Source of the DNA: a virus
Strand: one strand, 5' to 3'
DNA: 64,000 nucleotides
Virus genome (UHGV): UHGV-1351770
How positions within the stretch are numbered: the first letter of the stretch is position 1; each line of letters begins with the position of its first letter. The position numbers and the translations under genes were made by a program. Below the pieces are notes generated by a model. It saw only the letters and a program-made list of their open reading frames with translations. It searched no databases and had not been told where the DNA came from. Positions 1 to 6,280 of the stretch are shown here, piece after piece.

Positions 1-26
1 CGGTTTACTTAACTCTACACAGAATT

Positions 27-109
27 TGGCGGGCCGTGTAGGATTCGAACCTACGTTGTCTTTCGACATGGATTAACAGTCCACCGCCAAACCGCTTGGC
101 TAACGACCC
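27..109 (-). tRNA. tRNA with anticodon GUU (Asn-type) and an unusually long 13-nt variable region; CCA encoded
   Basis: Read on the minus strand. Acceptor 31-37 pairs with 103-109 (two G-U wobbles). T arm gtagg/attcgaa/cctac at 38-54. Anticodon arm 68-84, loop rc ctgttaa. D arm gcca/tggc at 86-100. tgg at 27-29 is the encoded CCA. Confidence 0.7.
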
Positions 110-261
110 TAAATTTACATTGCTGACTAGGATTTTCACCTAGACGGAGTTAGCACCGTAGCGTGTAGCGGCATACCTCTCCAAACCGTGCCTCATCTTT
201 CAATTACGGAGACAGTGTTCCTACGCGTGCCTGAATTGATTTAACAATTCTTTCAGCAAAT

Positions 262-337
262 TGGACGACCGCATGAGATTTGAACTCACATAAAAAGGAT
301 TTGCAATCCTTCGCCTAAGCCATTCAGCCAACGGTCG
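262..337 (-). tRNA. tRNA-Cys (GCA), 76 nt with encoded CCA
   Basis: Acceptor cgaccgc pairs with acggtcg. T loop atttgaa. Anticodon stem aagga/tcctt with loop rc ttgcaaa (U33, GCA, A37). Confidence 0.75.
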
Positions 338-359
338 ATTTATCTTGTTCTGTCATGTT

Positions 360-403
360 GCTTCTCCAGTTCAATTTATGTAATTATTATACAGAACTTT
401 TGG
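360..403 (-). promoter_or_regulatory. Conserved early promoter/leader driving a 10-codon micro-ORF and tRNA-Cys
   Basis: rc: TATAATAATTACATAAATTGAACTGGAGAAGCAACATG. Confidence 0.6.
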
Positions 404-695
404 AAACTAAGCAACTACATTTTTTAAGAATTTGATGCCTTTCTTTTTTCTTCTTATATTTCCACGTTAATGGATTCTGTCGATTATAAACGCTTGAGAT
501 CTTTGTCTCGTCAAAGTTCTTCAATATCATGTAATCACAGGATAATTGTTCTAGTGGAATGTGATCCCCGTCAAAAGCGTATACATAAGGCTGTTGACTA
601 ACACGATAATGATAGACTTTGTTAATTCTACGTTTCAGCGACTTATCCGCGCAGTAAATAAAGAAGTTTTCAGGATGCATCAGCATCTCCTTCAA
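387..695 (-). CDS. Hypothetical small protein (102 aa), immediately downstream of a tRNA
   Basis: ORF in the dominant minus orientation. Lys-rich C terminus. No recognisable motif. Confidence 0.4.
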   Translation of the reverse strand: MKEMLMHPENFFIYCADKSLKRRINKVYHYRVSQQPYVYAFDGDHIPLEQLSCDYMILKNFDETKISSVYNRQNPLTWKYKKKKERHQILKKCSCLVSKSSV

Positions 696-697
696 TT

Positions 698-772
698 TGG
701 TGCACCCTGTTCGTATCGAACGAACCTCTCAAGCTCTTCAGGCAAGCGCTAATCCATCTCAGCTAAAGGTGC
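698..772 (-). tRNA. tRNA, 75 nt, with perfect acceptor and T arm; anticodon uncertain (best fold gives CUG, Gln-type, with C at position 33)
   Basis: CCA (tgg at 698-700). Acceptor gcaccct pairs with aaggtgc. T arm gttcg/tatcgaa/cgaac. The anticodon arm folds only as a 4-bp stem with loop rc gcctgaa. Confidence 0.55.
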
Positions 773-779
773 AAATTTT

Positions 780-850
780 TGGCAGGGGTAAAGGTATTCG
801 AAACCTTTTCATGGGTTTTGGAGGCCCATTTGCAACCTATGCGTACCCCA
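780..850 (-). ncRNA. tRNA-like element: canonical CCA-acceptor-T arm but a shortened body and a 9-nt loop displaying CCUCC
   Basis: tgg at 780-782. Acceptor aggggta. Perfect T arm aaggt/attcgaa/acctt at 791-807. Hairpin atggg-ttttggagg-cccat at 811-829. Only about 14 nt remain for the D region. The acceptor 3' side tacccca has one mismatch. Confidence 0.35.
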
Positions 851-859
851 ATTATTAAT

Positions 860-934
860 TGGCACACCCAACGAGGATCGAACTCGTGTTCCCACTGTGA
901 AAGAGTGGTGTCCTAACCGCTAGACGATAGGTGC
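860..934 (-). tRNA. tRNA-Glu (UUC)
   Basis: CCA encoded. Acceptor acaccca pairs with taggtgc (two wobbles). T arm acgag/gatcgaa/ctcgt. Anticodon stem ccact/agtgg with loop rc ctttcac. Confidence 0.75.
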
Positions 935-942
935 ATTAAATT

Positions 943-1030
943 TGGTGGGCGTTAATGGAGTCGAACCACTCGAGTCGCAATGACCAGGGATTTACAATCC
1001 CCTCCGCTACCACTTACGGAATAAACGCCC
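943..1030 (-). tRNA. tRNA-Tyr (GUA), class II with long variable arm, 88 nt with CCA
   Basis: Acceptor gggcgtt pairs with aacgccc (perfect). T loop agtcgaa. 14-nt variable region. Anticodon loop rc ttgtaaa. 3-bp D stem typical of class II tRNAs. Confidence 0.75.
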
Positions 1031-1111
1031 ATATTTAGAAGTATTCAAATACTAGTTTAAACACTTTTAAATATGTTTCCAAATTAGATAACTATTATAT
1101 CAAGTTTTAAG

Positions 1112-1150
1112 GCACTGAGCAAGTCAGATTTTGAAGAACTTGCTCAGTGC
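1112..1150 (-). terminator. Perfect 13-bp hairpin (gcactgagcaagt / acttgctcagtgc) downstream of ORF 1159-1434
   Basis: Inverted repeat read directly. Weak U tract. Confidence 0.45.
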
Positions 1151-1158
1151 TGTATTAG

Positions 1159-1434
1159 TTAGTCGAATTTAGGAGTGACAGTTAAGGAGAACGGAAGTTC
1201 GAAAACCTCTTCACCCTCATTACTAACGGTAACTACACGACCTTTAAGTTCAGACATTGAAATATCAATATCAGCTTTTGCATCTGGAGCCATGCCAGCT
1301 TCAATACACTTAGCTTTAACTTCCGGTAAAAGCTCTACATTATAGAGATAAAGCCACTCAATCTCACCTTCCCAGTCTTCCCAGGATTTACAGATTGCAC
1401 TTTCAATACCAGTTGCTACAACACGATTTTGCAT
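1159..1434 (-). CDS. Hypothetical acidic protein (91 aa)
   Basis: ORF preceded by a conserved early promoter/leader at 1444-1482 and followed by a 13-bp perfect hairpin. Confidence 0.55.
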   Translation of the reverse strand: MQNRVVATGIESAICKSWEDWEGEIEWLYLYNVELLPEVKAKCIEAGMAPDAKADIDISMSELKGRVVTVSNEGEEVFELPFSLTVTPKFD

Positions 1435-1524
1435 TAGTTAATTCCTTCATCAATTTATATAACTATTATATCAGAAATTTAAAGTAAAAGGCAAGTACAT
1501 TTTTAAAAATTCTGTTTGGAGGAG

Positions 1525-1731
1525 CTAAACTCCAGATTCTTCGGCCAAGTCTAAACTAATAAGAGTTATAGCCATAATTGCCGCACCATGTTCTTTTTCT
1601 CCGGTGTTTTTAGCAGAGTCTATAATATCCTTAATCTGTTCGTAATAACTTTTTACTTCTTGTTCAATGCCTGCCTCGGCTATCATGCCTTTAGCCATGA
1701 ATCGTTGCATGGTAATTTCAGGATTAGCCAT
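1525..1731 (-). CDS. Hypothetical protein (68 aa)
   Basis: SD GGAGAAA 6 nt before the ATG. Translationally coupled to an upstream small ORF. Confidence 0.55.
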   Translation of the reverse strand: MANPEITMQRFMAKGMIAEAGIEQEVKSYYEQIKDIIDSAKNTGEKEHGAAIMAITLISLDLAEESGV

Positions 1732-1891
1732 GTTGTTTCTCCAGTTTCATTTTTAATAGTTTACAGATGAAATCAACGTCTTCATCTGTGCCTAAGTCTC
1801 TATCCTCAAGGGTCGCCTTGAAGTTTTTCGTCAATTCCATGAGGATGACTTCCCTAGAACGACGTGTTGGAGGCGGAGGAGGTCTATACAT
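1724..1891 (-). CDS. Small ORF not in the ORF track (55 aa, MYRPPPPPTRR...), stop overlaps the next ATG (ATGGCTAA)
   Basis: ATG at 1891 with AAGGAA SD. Proline run at the N terminus. Falls below the 60-aa cutoff of the ORF track. Confidence 0.4.
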   Translation of the reverse strand: MYRPPPPPTRRSREVILMELTKNFKATLEDRDLGTDEDVDFICKLLKMKLEKQHG

Positions 1892-1906
1892 CTTAATTCC
1901 TTAATT

Positions 1907-1983
1907 TGGTAGGGGTGGTGGGATTCGAACCCACAAAACCTGAATTTTAAGTCCAGTACCTATGCCAATTCGATTACACCCCC
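1907..1983 (-). tRNA. tRNA with anticodon UAA (Leu-type reading UUA) but class I size, 77 nt with CCA
   Basis: Acceptor aggggtg pairs with caccccc. T arm gtggg/attcgaa/cccac. 5-nt variable region. Anticodon stem ctgaa/tccag (one G-U) with loop rc cttaaaa. Confidence 0.6.
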
Positions 1984-2084
1984 ATGTAATCAGTTTATTA
2001 GTTGATACATATTATAGCCTAGAGAAAACCCTACTACTAATCCTACGAACCAACCAATATAATAATCTTTTAGTTTCACAGGTA

Positions 2085-2270
2085 TTATCCTCGTTCAATA
2101 TCTAGGGAAATACCGCAGTTAGGATTAATACCTGTACCCTTGCAATTTGGGCAAACCCAGATATTGCAAAAAGTATCTCCTGCTTCTGCATCAGAACTTT
2201 CACCAATTCCCCTACACTCAGGGCAGGCACATTCTTCTAGCTCTTGCTTGAGTTCTTGAAACTTAGACAT
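2085..2270 (-). CDS. Small Cys-rich zinc-ribbon-like protein (61 aa; CPEC...CPNC)
   Basis: Two CxxC pairs plus additional Cys residues. Same orientation as the neighbouring genes. Confidence 0.5.
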   Translation of the reverse strand: MSKFQELKQELEECACPECRGIGESSDAEAGDTFCNIWVCPNCKGTGINPNCGISLDIERG

Positions 2271-2279
2271 ATAGTCTCC

Positions 2280-2468
2280 TTAGTCAATTACTTTTGAGGC
2301 TTCAAGGTAGTCAATATAGTGTACGTTTTCTACCGTAATCATATAATCCGCCACTTTATCCATAGCTTGAGCTTCAGAGGTAGCTCTGACTAATCTATAT
2401 CCTTTTTTATATTCATCCGGGTATTCTCTATCTTGAATAAACACAACATAAACTATATATAGATCCAT
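2280..2468 (-). CDS. Hypothetical protein (62 aa)
   Basis: ORF lying between tRNAs in the gene-dense early region. Confidence 0.4.
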   Translation of the reverse strand: MDLYIVYVVFIQDREYPDEYKKGYRLVRATSEAQAMDKVADYMITVENVHYIDYLEASKVID

Positions 2469-2486
2469 TTGTGACCTCTATTTAAT

Positions 2487-2564
2487 TGGTGGCTCCCCGA
2501 GGATTCGAACCTACGTACCTTCCGGTTATGAGCCGGGTGCTCATACCATATGAGCTTGAGAACC
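2487..2564 (-). tRNA. tRNA-like gene with CAU anticodon (Met/Ile2-type) and a non-canonical D region (7-bp hairpin) and T stem
   Basis: CCA encoded. Acceptor ggctccc pairs with gagaacc (two wobbles). T loop attcgaa, but the T stem has a bulge. Anticodon stem ccgg/ccgg with loop rc ctcataa. D region gctcata-cca-tatgagc. Confidence 0.5.
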
Positions 2565-2570
2565 AAAATC

Positions 2571-2659
2571 TGGCGGAAGAAGTGGGAATCGAACCCACAA
2601 GGCTATATTTCAAACCGACAGATTAGCAATCTGCTGCAATACCATTATGCTATTCTTCC
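2571..2659 (-). tRNA. tRNA-Ser (GCU), class II, 89 nt with CCA
   Basis: Acceptor ggaagaa pairs with ttcttcc (perfect). T arm gtggg/aatcgaa/cccac. Anticodon loop rc ttgctaa. 19-nt variable region. 3-bp D stem. Confidence 0.75.
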
Positions 2660-2680
2660 GAATTTATAAGATATATTATA

Positions 2681-3199
2681 TTAGAAATTTAACTTCATAG
2701 CAAGAAAATTTTTCAAGTTTTCGGTAGACATCTCATCCACATCTACAGGAGAAACAAATCCATTTAATTGTCTAGCAAACTTTTCACCAGCAGGATCATT
2801 GTCCCCAACAGCTACCACTTTAAAAGGTAGTAATTTCAGTTGCTTTAATAACGCTTTTCCTGGAGAAGAGCCCAACATTGCCAGGGCTGGATAACCAGCA
2901 TTATGTAACGCAACTGCCTTAAATACAGATTCAGCGATCAATACTACTTTTTCATCTCCATTGAGAGTTTCTAGTCCCCATACACACTGGGTAGTAGAAT
3001 AAGTAAAGTATTTAGCTTCAAAGGGGCACTTACCATGACCTTTTGGAGCAGAAGGATTATAAGTTTGATAGCCCCTCAACATCCCAGAGAAGTCATACAA
3101 CGGGACTGTTAGCCATCCCTCCGGACTTAACCAGCAATGATATTTATCTGTATCAAACCCTCTAGATAAGAGGTGCTGTGTTAGCTCATCAACATTCAT
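2681..3199 (-). CDS. TOPRIM-fold protein (172 aa); true start MNVDEL at 3199, since the ORF-track N-terminus reads through the promoter
   Basis: Conserved Glu (LIAESVF) and DxD (VVAVGDNDPAGE) motifs. Promoter/leader TATAATATATCTATAAATTTGAGAGAGG lies directly upstream of the ATG at 3199. Confidence 0.55.
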   Translation of the reverse strand: MNVDELTQHLLSRGFDTDKYHCWLSPEGWLTVPLYDFSGMLRGYQTYNPSAPKGHGKCPFEAKYFTYSTTQCVWGLETLNGDEKVVLIAESVFKAVALHNAGYPALAMLGSSPGKALLKQLKLLPFKVVAVGDNDPAGEKFARQLNGFVSPVDVDEMSTENLKNFLAMKLNF

Positions 3200-3204
3200 A
3201 TCTG

Positions 3205-3259
3205 ATTCCTCTCTCAAATTTATAGATATATTATACAGAGAATTTAGCATTCAAGCAAT
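3205..3259 (-). promoter_or_regulatory. Conserved early promoter/leader (minus strand) for the TOPRIM gene
   Basis: rc: TTGCTT-17-TATAATATATCTATAAATTTGAGAGAGG, then ATG. Confidence 0.7.
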
Positions 3260-3373
3260 CAAATTTTTTAACTTTTAGAGGAAAATCATATGGCACTTAA
3301 GGGTAGCAGATAAGTGGTGAGGACCAAAATTTGTGACCCCACTAAAAATCCGGGGGCAATTTTTAAAGACCCC

Positions 3374-3402
3374 TTGACATTTTCGCGGGGGTAGTGTAAA
3401 GT
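3374..3402 (+). promoter_or_regulatory. Sigma70 promoter TTGACA-17-TAAAGT driving the plus-strand cassette
   Basis: Exact -35 hexamer with a 17-bp spacer. AGGAGG SD follows. Confidence 0.65.
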
Positions 3403-3464
3403 ATATGTTATGGATGAGTGATCAAAGAGACACACATTTTCTATATACTAGGAGGTGTCAAAAA

Positions 3465-4451
3465 ATGACAGAAGAAGTAGCTAAGAGTCCTGAGACCGTC
3501 GCTAGCGTTGCAGCAGAACTGCACCGTCACGAGGAATCAGATAAGAAAAAGTGGGAGAAGGTCAGAGCCTACGAAGAAAAACATCGTGAACACGATGATG
3601 AAGAAGATGACGATGATGAGCATTGTCATAAATATGGAAAACATAAAATGCAAGAACCAGTAAACGTATTCACTAGTGGCTTCCCTGGCCTACTGGGTGG
3701 TTACCCAGCAAACGCAGGTGCTTTCGGTGGGGAAGGTATGGGTCTATTCGGAGCTATCCTAATCGGTGCTCTATTAACAGGCGGATTCGGTGGTTTCGGT
3801 GGATTCGGTGGACGTGGTGTAGTTGGTGAAGGTACCGCAGTTGATGCAGTACTTCAGAACCAAGATACCGCTAGTATTCTAGCAGCTATTAATACTACTC
3901 GTACAGAAGCTAACCAGGGTACTGGAGCTGTTTTAAGCGCAGTTAACAATGGTTTTAGCCAGACATCCCAAAACCAGAGCCGTGATACTCAGTCTGTACT
4001 AACTACGATCTATGGTACAGGTGCTAATCTGTCTAATCAGATCTGCCAGGAAACTCGCAACGTTATTCAGGGTCAGTTCGATCTTTCTCGCCAGATTGAT
4101 CAATCTTTCGCAGCTAACCAGATAGCTCGTGCACAAGATAAGTTTGATTCTGCACAGATCGCTTTCCAGCAGACTTTACAAACTAATAACCAGTTTGCCG
4201 CTGTTCAGGCTCAGATGTGTGCTAACCAGAACTCTCTGGAACGTCAGATTGCTGAATGTTGCTGTGAACTTCAGACTGCGATCGCTGGTGTAACTACTGC
4301 GCGTATCCAGGATGAGTTAGATGCATGTCGCCTACGTGAAGCAATCGCTGCAGGTAGCGGTGCTAACGGTCAGGTAATTAATCAAATCGCTTTAAGTCTT
4401 GGTGCTATCACTCAGACTCTGGCTGGTCTGCAGGCTAAACTGCCTGCTTAA
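3465..4451 (+). CDS. Low-complexity protein (328 aa): acidic/His-rich N terminus, Gly-zipper hydrophobic segment (GLFGAILIGALLTGGFGGFGGFGG), Gln/Asn/Thr-rich C-terminal domain with CCCEL
   Basis: AGGAGG SD 8 nt before the ATG at 3465. Own sigma70 promoter at 3374-3402. Opposite strand to its neighbours. E. coli-optimal codons (ctg, gct, ggt). Confidence 0.65.
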   Translation: MTEEVAKSPETVASVAAELHRHEESDKKKWEKVRAYEEKHREHDDEEDDDDEHCHKYGKHKMQEPVNVFTSGFPGLLGGYPANAGAFGGEGMGLFGAILIGALLTGGFGGFGGFGGRGVVGEGTAVDAVLQNQDTASILAAINTTRTEANQGTGAVLSAVNNGFSQTSQNQSRDTQSVLTTIYGTGANLSNQICQETRNVIQGQFDLSRQIDQSFAANQIARAQDKFDSAQIAFQQTLQTNNQFAAVQAQMCANQNSLERQIAECCCELQTAIAGVTTARIQDELDACRLREAIAAGSGANGQVINQIALSLGAITQTLAGLQAKLPA

Positions 4452-4472
4452 TATTAAGGGGAGGAGCCCATT

Positions 4473-4889
4473 ATGAGTAAATATGGTTTTGTAAATAACG
4501 GACTTAATCAAAGTATGGGCTCCCAGCAGCCCATTCCGGGTCTGGATAACCCCTACTTACAACAATTGCAACAGCGTTTAGCAGAAGCGCAACAGATGCA
4601 GCAACAACTCCAGCAAAACCCTGGAAGTGTGAGTCCTATGCAAATGATGCAGCAAATGGGCGGGCAGTCGCAAATGCCTCAACAAATGCAGCAACAGGTG
4701 CCGCAGCAGCAAGTTCAGCAACAAACCCAACAACCGCAGGTTTCTGCGGAAGGACAGGCAGTACTAGCCCTTTTCGAAGACTTCGCAAAGACAGAGGATG
4801 GGAAACAGCTTGTATCACTTATGGGTAAGTTTAATAGCTTCTGCCAAAGCCAGGTTGCAAAAGCTCAAAATGGTGGTAATAACTCCTAA
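4473..4889 (+). CDS. Gln-rich low-complexity protein (138 aa)
   Basis: GGGGAGG SD. About 35% Gln (QQLQQRLAEAQQMQQQLQQ...). Second gene of the cassette. Confidence 0.6.
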   Translation: MSKYGFVNNGLNQSMGSQQPIPGLDNPYLQQLQQRLAEAQQMQQQLQQNPGSVSPMQMMQQMGGQSQMPQQMQQQVPQQQVQQQTQQPQVSAEGQAVLALFEDFAKTEDGKQLVSLMGKFNSFCQSQVAKAQNGGNNS

Positions 4890-4898
4890 GGAGGAATT

Positions 4899-5093
4899 AT
4901 GTGTTGCAGAAAATCTGTTTCGTGCTGCCCAATGCCTGTAGCACGTTGTTGCTCTCCAGCAATGTTTACGCAAATACCGGCGTTCAATCCGTTTGCCTTT
5001 AAGCCTACTCTTATCCTGCCCCCTAGAGTAGATTTTCAGTCAAGATTGGCCTCCCGTATGGGTGGTTGCTGTAATAAGAGTATATGGTTCTAA
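4899..5093 (+). CDS. Cys-pair-rich peptide (64 aa; CC...CC...CC...CC)
   Basis: AGGAGG SD. Four CC doublets. Followed by a rho-independent terminator at 5108-5146. Confidence 0.5.
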   Translation: MCCRKSVSCCPMPVARCCSPAMFTQIPAFNPFAFKPTLILPPRVDFQSRLASRMGGCCNKSIWF

Positions 5094-5107
5094 AGAACCA
5101 AACAATA

Positions 5108-5146
5108 AAGCCCCTAGTCGAAAGACTTAGGGGCTTTTCTTTTATC
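5108..5146 (+). terminator. Rho-independent terminator of the plus-strand cassette
   Basis: gcccctagtc...gacttaggggc followed by ttttcttttat. Confidence 0.7.
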
Positions 5147-5149
5147 TTA

Positions 5150-5190
5150 AATACAGAAAAGCCCTGCGCTCTCCAGGGAACGCAGGGCTT
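5150..5190 (-). terminator. Rho-independent terminator for the SPFH gene (minus strand)
   Basis: agccctgcg/cgcagggct 9-bp stem; T-run on the minus strand. Confidence 0.65.
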
Positions 5191-5335
5191 ACTTCAGATG
5201 TTACGTGCGGATATTATTTATTACGCATATCCATAATCATTTGGCCATCATAGCCAGTACCTACCACAGTCTGTGGTACACCACCTTGATATTTCTGAGC
5301 ACGAATCATTTCAACTTCCAATTGCTTCCAACGAA

Positions 5336-6172
5336 TCATTTCAGGAGTAATAGTACGTTGCAGTGCGGCGTTAGCTTCAGCTTCTTTCTTAGCTGCGTAC
5401 AGTTTAGCGTCTGCGTCACGTTCATTAGCAATAGCTTGGTTGTTGCGAGCTTCACGGTCTGCTTCTGCCTGTTTAACTTTTGCTGTGCTTCTTGTTCAAC
5501 ACGAGCAAGTTCAGCTTTCGCAGCATTAACTTGCTCTTCACGAACTTTGGTATTCTGTACCTGTTCCATGATTACTGGAGGCAGGGTAATATCCTGAAGA
5601 AACACCTGCTTAACTGTGTAACCATATGGGCGTGCATACTCTTCAACTTCCTGTTGAATTGCAGTTTGCAATTGAGCCTGAATTTTAGCATCAAACAAAT
5701 CTTGTGCTTTTGGTACAGACTTACCAAACTCACGAATAGTAGACAGTAATTTTTCAGTTACATACTTGTCTAGTGCCTGATCCTGAGTACCTGCGTTAAT
5801 ACGGTTAATCGGTGCCTTAGAACCATCAAACTGCAACATAACAGTCAGGTCAACAGTGGATTTAAACTTATCCTGGCTAGGAACCTGAAGTTTATCTAAT
5901 TTTACAGCAATATCTTTTGTACTAAAAGTATCGAAAGATGCAAACGGGTTTACAAGATGGAAACCAGGCAATACTGGATTAGGATCTACTTTACCCAGGA
6001 ATGTTTGGGTTTTAACCGTACCATCAGAAACAATAGTATATGAATTAAAAGCTAGAATCAAGCCTGCTAAACCAACTACAGCACCAACTACAGCACCAAT
6101 ACCCCAACGTTTAATAGTACGAATTACTTTCTGCTCAGAAGTCAGTTCTTTCATATTTTTAGTATTAAACAT
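5336..6172 (-). pseudogene. SPFH/band-7 (HflK/prohibitin-like) membrane protein, frameshifted near 5478-5481; reading continues in the -1 frame to a TAA at 5214
   Basis: N-terminal TM helix plus SPFH domain. After ...ARVEQEAQQK the current frame turns into non-homologous text. The alternative frame encodes VKQAEADREARNNQAIANERDADAKLYAAKKEAEANAALQ..., which is HflK-like coiled coil. Confidence 0.6.
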
Positions 6173-6205
6173 ATGTTTCCTTTGTTTTAGTTACAGTTAA
6201 TAAAA

Positions 6206-6280
6206 TTGGCCGAGGTGACAGGATTCGAACCTGCATAAAGAAATTTAGAAGACTCCTGCCTCTCCCTTAGACTACACCCC
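6206..6280 (-). tRNA. tRNA-Arg (UCU), 75 nt with CCA
   Basis: Sense strand: CGGGGTG acceptor, D stem gtct/aggc, anticodon stem ggagt/atttc with loop cttctaa (U33, UCU, A37), T arm gcagg/ttcgaat/cctgt, acceptor cacctcg, G discriminator, CCA. Confidence 0.65.

Noticed and set aside
561-752. Plus-strand 63-aa ORF overlapping tRNA 698-772 and the minus ORF 387-695
   Set aside because: It is antisense to a well-formed tRNA and has no SD. All real genes here are on the minus strand.
1588-1770. Plus-strand 60-aa ORF
   Set aside because: Antisense to two SD-supported, coupled minus-strand ORFs. Hydrophobic junk composition.
5205-5749. Plus-strand ORFs 5205-5597 and 5480-5749
   Set aside because: Antisense to the SPFH gene. 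Low-complexity Phe/Leu/Ser-rich translation.
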